Shown in pieces: positions 15,825-23,692 of a stretch of 26,824 bases of DNA. Under the pieces are notes generated by a model. The model made no database searches and had not been told where the DNA came from. It was given only the letters and a program-made list of their open reading frames with translations. The position numbers and the translations under genes are program-made. Source of the DNA: an uncultured Bdellovibrio sp. (GTDB taxonomy: Bacteria > Bdellovibrionota > Bdellovibrionia > Bdellovibrionales > Bdellovibrionaceae). Location of the stretch: positions 1 to 26,824 of the forward strand of contig CAWVRN010000039.1 in the NCBI GenBank assembly GCA_963932905.1, in the 5' to 3' direction. Numbering within the stretch: position 1 is the stretch's first letter; each line of letters opens with the position of its first letter.

Positions 15825-15830
15825 ATTTTA

Positions 15831-17078
15831 TTATTGAGCACTATTAGCATCCAAAACTTGGATGCGTACACGGTACTCTGGATCTGAACACTCAATAGCA
15901 TGGCTACCTAAAAAGTATCCTTTACCAATATTGCATCCTCTGACAGAAGGAGGATCTAGTGGAGAAAGCAAGATACGTAAAGAGGATCTAGGGATGTCTG
16001 AATAGTATTTCGCAATTATTTTTTGCGTTTCGAAATTAATTGCTTTTAACCAGGCCGCCTTAGTTAAGGCGATTTTTGCGGAATCGCCTTTTTTTAAACC
16101 TTCTACTGAACCTTGCGTAAATCCATAGTCTAATGCCAACTCACCAGTATCGTCTTTGAAATCAAGCGTGTATGTTTTGTTGGGTTTCAATTCTAGACCG
16201 AAAGAAAACGAGCTTACGCTTGAAAAAATATATTTTTGTGTGCTGTCGGTTGTTTTTTTCGAAACGGGAGGCATATCACCCGTGGTAGTAGTTATGTTAA
16301 TTGTTCTTTGAATTTTACTGATGGAATAATTAATAGCTTCTTTGGGCTGAAAAAAGTTACGCGAACCAGAGTGTCTTACGGATTCGAAGTGATATTCTGT
16401 GGTACTCAAGATTTTTTCTTTTGGAACAACAACGATCGGTTTTGGCTCTAATGAAGACATGTAGGACATAATAACGTCGGTTGCTTCTGCAAATAATTCT
16501 AAAGCAACCTCTTTTAGTTTTAATTGAACACGTTTTAATGTTTCTTGGTCTTGTAGGTTGTTAGCGCGGCATTCTTGTTTTGAGCGTTGGACAACCCAAT
16601 TCAAACTGCCGGAAGTGATTTCGCTTTCTTCAGCCTTCAGTTGATGAGTGTATTCGGTTACCTTTTGAATTAAGCATTCTTCTGTTGGCTGTGCGACCTG
16701 CGGCTTTGCGTCCTGCTTAGCTGGTGCTGAGGAAGCCTCCGGAGCCGGCGCGCCAGAGCTTGGAGCTGGCGGAACAGTTACTTTGGCAGGTTGACCTTTG
16801 TTAGCGTCGTCGCCATTGGATGTCAGGGCTGACGTGTCAGCGTCTGGAGTTGAGACTTCATTATCATTTTTTTTAGTCGGGTTTGAGTCGGCAGGATTAT
16901 CGTTTCTTGGAGCAGCGGGAGGGGGCACCTTTTGGTCTTTGTTTTTGCCGTCAGAAGTATCCGCAGCCCCTTCGGCCTTCGGTTTTGTTTTTTCGTAAGT
17001 AAGTGGGTCTGGCTTTTTCGCACACGCGGCAAACATGATCGAACTTAAGAGTACTAATGATAGTTTTGAAATATGCAT
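15831..17078 (-). CDS. Lipoprotein with a long P/A/D/K-rich disordered linker and an unknown C-terminal domain
   Basis: Lipobox FAAC after a hydrophobic signal. About 110-aa low-complexity tether. Only 6 bp from the permease. Confidence 0.8.
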   Translation of the reverse strand: MHISKLSLVLLSSIMFAACAKKPDPLTYEKTKPKAEGAADTSDGKNKDQKVPPPAAPRNDNPADSNPTKKNDNEVSTPDADTSALTSNGDDANKGQPAKVTVPPAPSSGAPAPEASSAPAKQDAKPQVAQPTEECLIQKVTEYTHQLKAEESEITSGSLNWVVQRSKQECRANNLQDQETLKRVQLKLKEVALELFAEATDVIMSYMSSLEPKPIVVVPKEKILSTTEYHFESVRHSGSRNFFQPKEAINYSISKIQRTINITTTTGDMPPVSKKTTDSTQKYIFSSVSSFSFGLELKPNKTYTLDFKDDTGELALDYGFTQGSVEGLKKGDSAKIALTKAAWLKAINFETQKIIAKYYSDIPRSSLRILLSPLDPPSVRGCNIGKGYFLGSHAIECSDPEYRVRIQVLDANSAQ

Positions 17079-17128
17079 AGGACCGCCTCACAGAGTCTGG
17101 ACATGAGTGCCCAAACATAAGAGAGAAT

Positions 17129-17144
17129 TGCAACCTCTGCGCCC
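17129..17144 (-). promoter_or_regulatory. Sigma54-type promoter of the lipoprotein-permease pair
   Basis: Minus strand GGGCGCAGAGGTTGCA fits GG-N10-GC with TTGCA, 50 nt upstream of ATG 17078. Confidence 0.5.
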
Positions 17145-17237
17145 GTGGGAAGCGTATTTAACTATAATAGACGGGCTTTAAGAGGGCACAGTGACCATTT
17201 TTGCAGGCGGAGGCAGGTGTTAGTCATAAAAACTATC

Positions 17238-17483
17238 TCAATCTAAGAAAAGTACGAGGCAACCTTCGTTAGGTTTTCCGTTAGATTGCTTTTCATAGGC
17301 CCAATGATAACCACCGAGTTTAAGATATTTTATGACGATGGCTTTAACGATACCAGTACCTTTACCTGTCATGATACGGGCGCGTTTTAAATTTGATTTT
17401 GAAATTTGAACTAAAAATTTATCGACAGCATCTTCAACAGTGTCCGCTTTGTAGCCATGCAAGTCTAATAAATCTTTGGCCAT
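17238..17483 (-). CDS. Stand-alone Smr (small MutS-related) domain protein
   Basis: LDLHG, IMTGKGTG and C-terminal NEG.LV motifs. Confidence 0.92.
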   Translation of the reverse strand: MAKDLLDLHGYKADTVEDAVDKFLVQISKSNLKRARIMTGKGTGIVKAIVIKYLKLGGYHWAYEKQSNGKPNEGCLVLFLD

Positions 17484-17488
17484 ATTTT

Positions 17489-18127
17489 TTATCCTTCGGT
17501 CGCTAGTTTTTTAAAAACATCCGCAAATGCTTGAGGTGGTTGGGCCCCAGAAATAGCGTATTTTCTATTAAATACAAAAAATGGAACTCCAGAAATACCA
17601 CCTTCATGAGCCATTTCTTCATCCTCGCGAACTTCAGCAGTGTAGGCATCGGATTTTAACATATCCATCACATCATCTTTTGGTAATCCAATAGACGTTG
17701 CTACCTCGATAAGTACATCGTGGTTTGATAAGTCTTTACCGTCTGTAAAATACGCAGCAAATAGTTTTTCTAAAATCAAGTTTTGCTTTTCGTGCTTTAG
17801 CGCCAAGTGCGATAGGCGGTGAGCATCAAATGAATTGGTAGGAATAACTTTGTCCATATTAAATTTTAAACCGACCGCCGCGGCGGTATTTACTACAGAC
17901 TTATTGGCCTCCTGTGCCCATTCAATCGATTTTCCATATTTCTTGGCAAGCACTTCATAAATTGATTTCTTTTGGTCTTTTGCCGCCGACGGGTCTAATT
18001 CGAAACTACGGTATGAAATAGTCACTCCCTCTAGACGGGGCAGCTGACTAAGAGCGTTTTCAAAATTACGTTTGCCAATATAACAAAACGGACAAACCAT
18101 ATCGGACCAAATCTCGACGTCAATCAT
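17489..18127 (-). CDS. DsbA-family FrnE-like thiol-disulfide oxidoreductase
   Basis: WSDMVCPFCYIG, SFELDP, NSFDAHRL, GISGVPFF, ISGAQP. SD CAGGAG. Confidence 0.93.
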   Translation of the reverse strand: MIDVEIWSDMVCPFCYIGKRNFENALSQLPRLEGVTISYRSFELDPSAAKDQKKSIYEVLAKKYGKSIEWAQEANKSVVNTAAAVGLKFNMDKVIPTNSFDAHRLSHLALKHEKQNLILEKLFAAYFTDGKDLSNHDVLIEVATSIGLPKDDVMDMLKSDAYTAEVREDEEMAHEGGISGVPFFVFNRKYAISGAQPPQAFADVFKKLATEG

Positions 18128-18159
18128 TTCAGAGCTCCTGGTTAAAAATCTTATTTGGC

Positions 18160-18175
18160 TGACAGGAACCTGTCA
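18160..18175. promoter_or_regulatory. Palindrome TGACAGG-AA-CCTGTCA upstream of the frnE-smr pair
   Basis: Perfect 7-bp inverted repeat 32 nt upstream of ATG 18127. Confidence 0.6.
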
Positions 18176-18263
18176 TGTTAAAATTTTGGAAATTCATCGT
18201 GGTAAATATGAAAAGTGAATTTGATTATAAATTTTCTTTGAAATGCTTAAAAGAAGCAATAGA

Positions 18264-19733
18264 CTATCGAGTGGCGAGCCAAGTTTCAATTTCGACCAAT
18301 GTCATTTGACTGATTTGTGCGTGCGGTGGGCTGCCTGGCCAGAATGTTTTATCGACGTGATGATCTAAATGATAAATCAGTTTTTGAATGAACGAGATGA
18401 CGTCGTTGGATGCTTTCTTTTTAATGGCTTCATTCATCGTTTCTTTTATTTTGTCTTCGACCACTATGTTTAGAGCGCGGTAGCCGCGTCCCAACCAAAG
18501 TTTCGCATCGTTTTCTTTTTCCATCAGTAGGAAAGCGGAAAAAAGGACACCGTAAGGATACCAGTAATGACATTCTCCCGCTCGTTCTGCGGCCAAAGCC
18601 ATCAAGCAAATATCGCGAAGTAGTGCGGGCTGAATTTGGCCTGCTGGTATGGATTCGACGGATTTAATTAGGTATTCGGTGGCGTGACTTAGATAGCTAA
18701 TGTCGTCTGAAAACAATTTCCAATTTCTTAAATAATGACTTTTGATTTCTTCACGTAGTGCTTGGGCCTGTTCGGGCAAACAAGAGTTATCGAATAGCAC
18801 GGCTCGTTTTTCTTTTACTTGAGCGATATAAACGTAAATCAAAGAAAACGCACCCGGTTGTTTCAACGCCCTGCTGAACAAAGACTCAGCGACTAACAAA
18901 AAATCGTCCCGTTTAAATCTGGCTCCTTCTGTTGAAAAGGTATGGCCTGCAGTAATCAGATCAAATTTTTCTTCGCTTGTCGCACATAGGGTAGCGGCTT
19001 CAAGCATTCTTAAAATCTCGAGTTCAATTTCAGGTGATGTCGGTAGTTCACGGTCGGTCAGCCAACGATGAAATTCAGTTCCCATTTTCAAAGCAAAAAT
19101 AGGATCTTCGATTGCTTTTTCATAACACTCGGCGAAGAATGCACGACGTTGGTTTTGAAATCGTTCCACCAAATGTGCTGGAATATTATCTTGGTACAAA
19201 AGGTATAAATTAGATAAATAGAATCCATCAGCGGTCGCATTAAACCTTTCGGCGACTAAATCTAATGCTTTTACCAAAAATATTTCAGATTCTAGTGGGT
19301 CGTTTGTTGGGAAATATTGGTAGGTGTAGATTAAATTAGAATACGCGACACCGTTGTCAGGATTTTCATGAATGAATGGTTTTAATATTGTTTCACTTTG
19401 TTTGTAATACTCTTGAGCCTGGGCTAAATCATTCTCTCTTTTTCTGAAATCACCACATATTAAAATATATTCCACGCGGTCGATAGTTTTATCAGAATCA
19501 CTTAGAATTTGCAGCGCATCGATTCCCTCGGCATAGGGATAGTCTGTTGGATCGCCGCCCTTACCGCAATGAAAGTCATACATCCACACTTGCAAAATGC
19601 CTTCAATGGCGTCGAGCAAGTGTGTGCGATCGTCTTCATTGCGAGTCGCAACGACTTGTGGGACCAGTTCGCACAGTCCTGGAACATTGTTTTCCTGTTT
19701 ATACTTTTCAATTTCTGCGGTTATTGAGCTCAT
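18264..19733 (-). CDS. Hypothetical alpha-helical (TPR-like) cytoplasmic protein
   Basis: 489-aa ORF with no signal peptide and helical-repeat-like segments (AQAQEYYKQS...NPDNGVAYSNL). No recognisable catalytic motif. Confidence 0.75.
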   Translation of the reverse strand: MSSITAEIEKYKQENNVPGLCELVPQVVATRNEDDRTHLLDAIEGILQVWMYDFHCGKGGDPTDYPYAEGIDALQILSDSDKTIDRVEYILICGDFRKRENDLAQAQEYYKQSETILKPFIHENPDNGVAYSNLIYTYQYFPTNDPLESEIFLVKALDLVAERFNATADGFYLSNLYLLYQDNIPAHLVERFQNQRRAFFAECYEKAIEDPIFALKMGTEFHRWLTDRELPTSPEIELEILRMLEAATLCATSEEKFDLITAGHTFSTEGARFKRDDFLLVAESLFSRALKQPGAFSLIYVYIAQVKEKRAVLFDNSCLPEQAQALREEIKSHYLRNWKLFSDDISYLSHATEYLIKSVESIPAGQIQPALLRDICLMALAAERAGECHYWYPYGVLFSAFLLMEKENDAKLWLGRGYRALNIVVEDKIKETMNEAIKKKASNDVISFIQKLIYHLDHHVDKTFWPGSPPHAQISQMTLVEIETWLATR

Positions 19734-19962
19734 GACCTAATTGTGCCTTGGGCTAATTCTATTTCCAAGAACTTTAAGTCTTTGCGTGGCATAAAAACCA
19801 CGACATCCTTATGAGCGTGATATCTTTGTCCGATCGACTAGGGAACAGTCACACATCGATGTAAATTTTCTACGTATTTTTAAGAAATGTGGTGTTAAAA
19901 AAATATCAATTTTCACTAGCGGCAAATAGCGGGTATATAAGGACTTATAAATAGGGGGTTCC

Positions 19963-21405
19963 ATGAAAACATCACTTTTTATGTTTTTCGCTTTGATTGT
20001 TTTTTCGGTGGTTGGATCTGCTCAAACTAGTTCCCAGATTCTTTCAAAGAACGCTCAAATTCAGAGCCTCATGTTAACAAATGAAAACTGCGCCGCGGAA
20101 TTATTAACAGTAAAATCATTTTTCCAAGATTTTAAACCTGTTTCTTTAAATGCCAATGAAACTCCCGGCCTTCTAAGATCGATGTTTACAGCTCGTGTTT
20201 CTTTGCACGATCAGTTATCGCATTTGTCTGAAAAATGTGCGGCGACAATGCGTGGAGTTTTCCGGGTGATGCGTGAGGCTGAAGACAGCATCGGTGTTCA
20301 TGGTTATCGGGACACGCAATTGAATGCGGCAGATTTAAAATTCAATCATCAACCTGTCCCTTTGATAGAATATAAAAAATATCGTCCTTACCAATTAAAT
20401 GTACGTACTTTCCAGTTTCAAAAAGGCGATATCATGATCACCAAAGGTGTCAGTATGATTTCATCAACGATTTCTGGTTTGCCAAAAGAGCCGTCGTTGT
20501 TTAGCCACATTGCATTTGTATACCAAAATGATGAAACCGGTGCGTTTGGTACGATTGAATCTTATATTGGCGTCGGGGTTAGATTATACACCATGAACGA
20601 AGCGCTGCTAAATGAAAATGCACGCATTTTGGTTTTACGTCCGAAAGATCAAGCACTCGCTCTGGCTAGCCATGATTATATGTATAACCGAGTGAAGACT
20701 TCGATCGAAAAAAATCAGTACATTCATTACGATTACAAACAAAATTTTTCAGACAATGTGACACTAAGCTGCGAAGAAATTGCGTACGATGCCTTCTTGC
20801 AAGGAAGTCGCGGTCAGATGAAAATTCCCTATAGCCAATCGGTCGTTGATCTGAAAGACGAAAAATTTTTGAACAGTGCCGGTCTTGTTAGGGGCGAAAA
20901 CATGTTACCTGCCGACATGGAAGTTGATCCCAGATTTGAAATCGTATTGGATTGGACGGACTACCGCATCATGCGCGATAGCGCTCGAAAAGACGCTATT
21001 ATGCGCGAATCCTTGCGTTGGATTAACGAAAAGAATTACGTAATGTACAACACATTTCAAGCTGTGCTGGGAAAGATTCTTTGGGGGACTCGCGAAATTG
21101 ATTTCTTGTGGCCGATGTCTTCGAAATTAATGGGCGTTCCTATAGATTATGAAAAAGATGTTCCAGGGTCAGGTGTTGCGATGATGGCTAACCTTAGAGT
21201 CTTGGGCGCCTATCTGCTGCCGGCTCTGGCTAAACAAGATCAAAATTTCTTCTCAGAAAATAATCGCTGGATGAGCATGATGGAATTACGATCGGCAGTA
21301 GATAATTTAAGAGCCGACGACGAGGACCATTACATCCAAAATCGCAGTAGTAAGTTTCATTATTTTTTTAGAAATCCAAAAACTGTGCAGAAGCCAAATA
21401 ACTAA
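19963..21405 (+). CDS. Secreted permuted papain-like NlpC/P60 (YiiX/YebB-like) hydrolase
   Basis: Signal peptide, then QKGDIMI, FSHIAFV (His), IES, YDY..F and LSCEEI (Cys after His, the permuted order). Confidence 0.82.
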   Translation: MKTSLFMFFALIVFSVVGSAQTSSQILSKNAQIQSLMLTNENCAAELLTVKSFFQDFKPVSLNANETPGLLRSMFTARVSLHDQLSHLSEKCAATMRGVFRVMREAEDSIGVHGYRDTQLNAADLKFNHQPVPLIEYKKYRPYQLNVRTFQFQKGDIMITKGVSMISSTISGLPKEPSLFSHIAFVYQNDETGAFGTIESYIGVGVRLYTMNEALLNENARILVLRPKDQALALASHDYMYNRVKTSIEKNQYIHYDYKQNFSDNVTLSCEEIAYDAFLQGSRGQMKIPYSQSVVDLKDEKFLNSAGLVRGENMLPADMEVDPRFEIVLDWTDYRIMRDSARKDAIMRESLRWINEKNYVMYNTFQAVLGKILWGTREIDFLWPMSSKLMGVPIDYEKDVPGSGVAMMANLRVLGAYLLPALAKQDQNFFSENNRWMSMMELRSAVDNLRADDEDHYIQNRSSKFHYFFRNPKTVQKPNN

Positions 21406-21569
21406 GTCTTTAGTTTTTGGTACATAGGATTGCAGTGAACAATAAGTCATAAGGCCTATATCGTTCGTAGGTGTACGATTTAGCGAGGAAATTTCATAGT
21501 CCATTTGACTAATTTACCAAAATGCAAATTAGGTTTAGGTTCCTGTCACTTCATTGAAAGGGAGGTACT

Positions 21570-21905
21570 ATGAAAAAAGGGTTAGTTTTGGTTCTGATGA
21601 CATCGGTTTCATTTTGGGCATCGTCTGGTTTAGCTCAAGAAGTAAATGGAAACTCGCTCAACGATATGAACAGCTGCGCTGTTGTCTATGTTAAGAATGA
21701 CAACAGCCTGCCGAATTTGACTATAGCGTGCGATGGCGAACGAGTACTCAGTCATACTGTTAGAACAGAAAAGCAGCTAGAAGATGCGAAACAATTTAAA
21801 GCAGATTTGTATGCAGCTTTTCAAAATATGGTGAACTCGGATCAGAAGAAAAAATGCGATCAATACGACTTGGATGGAATTTGGTGGGCTATCTGTTTCA
21901 GATAG
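21570..21905 (+). CDS. Small secreted hypothetical protein with four Cys
   Basis: SD GGAGG, MKK + hydrophobic signal ending GLA-Q, followed by a terminator. Confidence 0.8.
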   Translation: MKKGLVLVLMTSVSFWASSGLAQEVNGNSLNDMNSCAVVYVKNDNSLPNLTIACDGERVLSHTVRTEKQLEDAKQFKADLYAAFQNMVNSDQKKKCDQYDLDGIWWAICFR

Positions 21906-21917
21906 TAACCAGATTGG

Positions 21918-21951
21918 GAAAAGCTTTGTGACGAGAGTCACAAAGCTTTTC
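21918..21951. terminator. Probable bidirectional intrinsic terminator
   Basis: GAAAAGCTTTGTGAC-GAGA-GTCACAAAGCTTTTC, a perfect 15-bp stem with a GNRA loop between convergent genes. Confidence 0.85.
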
Positions 21952-22058
21952 ATTTCATCTATTGATCTTCCTGGATAACAATTCGTTCATACCTATTCCT
22001 GATTTGAAACTATATTAAATACAGTCGCTCGTCATAGTAGACTTTTTCCCCAGGGATT

Positions 22059-22313
22059 CTAAACTCCATGAATAATCTCTTTCCAAAGATTCTTAAAAGC
22101 TTCGAAAGTTTCCGAAGGCGCAATCGGAGTTTCACGCACTGGACAAATCACTTCGGGCTGTTGAGCTTCGAGTTGAACATCGAAACGTTGCGGTTGCCGA
22201 TGCAAATCCAAGATTGATTCCCTATCTGAATTTTCGTTCCAATCTGTGTTGTTAATAAATCCCAAAATTGCAGTCCATATTCCGAGAAGTGTAAATGATA
22301 TGATTGCTAGCAT
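22059..22313 (-). CDS. Small membrane-anchored hypothetical protein
   Basis: SD GGAG, N-terminal hydrophobic helix, 14 bp downstream of the cytochrome b gene. Confidence 0.65.
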   Translation of the reverse strand: MLAIISFTLLGIWTAILGFINNTDWNENSDRESILDLHRQPQRFDVQLEAQQPEVICPVRETPIAPSETFEAFKNLWKEIIHGV

Positions 22314-22327
22314 TTTTATTTCTCCGT

Positions 22328-23110
22328 TTAGTCATCGTCGCCATCGTCATCTTTTTTATTCATGGTAGACCCGGCTTCGTCTGTATTGCCTTTCTGGCGC
22401 TCTTCGCCTTCGCTGCCTTCATTTTCATTCTCGTTTTCCCCGAGCTGGAGTGATTGCCCGAAAATGCGTAGAGTCCGGTTTTGTGAATCAAAGTTTTTGA
22501 AAAGATAAAGTCCACCTGAAATTACAAGTGCTAGCAGCATGATTGCAGCCAATCGTCTTGAGGAAGGAATGGCGTCTGACTGTCCCGCGGCTACTTTTTT
22601 ACCGTCGACCATACTGAGTGCGATGGCGTCTTGATGTCTAATCGAATGAAGAATGACGCCGGCCACGTGCAGTATGACGACAACGATAAATGTGTTGGCC
22701 ATCAGTTCGTGAACGTCTTCAAAGGCCTCTTTGTTGCCGGTACTCATAAGATATCCCGTGATGGCTAACCCTAAAGCCAGTATGAACATCGCTGCGGCGG
22801 CCCAGCTTGAAGCCGGATTATGACCTAGCCAACGTTTTTTTGAACCCGAGAGCATACCTAAAAAGTAGTCTTTGAGATGTATTGGATTTAAATTAAATCC
22901 AGAAAATCGAGCGTGCTCAGTGCCTATAAATCCCCAACCTATCCGCCAGATAACCAGACCACCTAATAGGAGACCGGAAAGCATATGGTAGCTGAAGACC
23001 AAAGACTCATCGTCGACAGTTTCAGCAATGATAAAGGATAGTAAAAATAGGCCGGAAAAAAGCCAATGGAAAAGGCGAGTTGGTAGGTCGTATACTAATG
23101 TTGATCTCAT
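22328..23110 (-). CDS. Cytochrome b/b6-domain (Ni-hydrogenase cyt b-like) membrane protein with an acidic tail
   Basis: YDLPTRLFHW, YHMLSG, WRIGWGF.G..HARF, GHNP, EDVHE, LHVAGV heme-ligand pattern. SD GGAGG. Confidence 0.9.
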   Translation of the reverse strand: MRSTLVYDLPTRLFHWLFSGLFLLSFIIAETVDDESLVFSYHMLSGLLLGGLVIWRIGWGFIGTEHARFSGFNLNPIHLKDYFLGMLSGSKKRWLGHNPASSWAAAAMFILALGLAITGYLMSTGNKEAFEDVHELMANTFIVVVILHVAGVILHSIRHQDAIALSMVDGKKVAAGQSDAIPSSRRLAAIMLLALVISGGLYLFKNFDSQNRTLRIFGQSLQLGENENENEGSEGEERQKGNTDEAGSTMNKKDDDGDDD

Positions 23111-23232
23111 CTTGAGCCTCCTAGTGGTTAATTGGAAGTCTGGTCGTTCTTAGTCAAAGTGTCGGTGCGTTTGGATCGGTCGTCCATAGGCTAAATGACA
23201 TATATAAATTCTTTTCAGCTACTTAGACCGTT

Positions 23233-23261
23233 TGCCCAATTCCCAAAATTTGAATTGGGCA
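23233..23261. promoter_or_regulatory. Inverted repeat TGCCCAATTC-N9-GAATTGGGCA
   Basis: Perfect 10-bp arms between the divergent cyt b and PepSY genes. An extra half-site GAATTGGG lies at 23278-23285. Confidence 0.55.
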
Positions 23262-23313
23262 CGATAGTCAAAATTAAGAATTGGGAATTACCCCATCGAA
23301 AAGGAGACGCAAA

Positions 23314-23571
23314 ATGAAACATCTTGTTATGGTATTAGCGCTTTTAGGAGTTTCGACTTCAGTTTTTGCTAAAAAGAATTGCACAACTGAACCACAATCA
23401 AAATGGATGTCCGAGGCTGACTTTAAAAAGAAAATTGAAGCCGAAGGCTATAAAATTTCGAAGTTTAAGCAGCCTGGAACCTGCTATGAGATATACGGAA
23501 CGAATAAAGAGGGAAAGAAGGTTGAAATCTATTTCAATCCAGTCGACGGCTCGATTGTGAAAGAAAAATAG
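23314..23571 (+). CDS. Secreted PepSY_2-domain protein
   Basis: ATG 23314 with SD AAGGAG (23301-23306), signal peptide, C...P...W, GY.I, CYEIYG...G.KVEIYFNP.DG.IV. Confidence 0.88.
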   Translation: MKHLVMVLALLGVSTSVFAKKNCTTEPQSKWMSEADFKKKIEAEGYKISKFKQPGTCYEIYGTNKEGKKVEIYFNPVDGSIVKEK

Positions 23572-23591
23572 CTCGATCTTTAGGGGCTAAG

Positions 23592-23608
23592 TGCAACAAG
23601 GTGCTGCA
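23592..23608. promoter_or_regulatory. Candidate RegA-type box TGCAACA-AGG-TGCTGCA
   Basis: Imperfect 7-3-7 palindrome upstream of the regB-like gene. Same architecture as RegA/RegR/PrrA sites. Confidence 0.5.
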
Positions 23609-23692
23609 TGAGGCCTCTTTTCGGTGCCAGCATCAGCCGTTTGGGCTATATCGTTTATCGTGGAAGCCATTCATCGATTACAAAACTTTTGT

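Noticed and set aside
16690..17010. Tandem repeat in the lipoprotein linker (and the GAAAAT/GAC runs in the cyt b tail)
   Set aside because: Low-complexity coding sequence without a regular repeat unit.
22328..23110. Hydrogenase or formate dehydrogenase operon
   Set aside because: Only the cytochrome b domain is present. No catalytic or Fe-S subunits or maturation genes.
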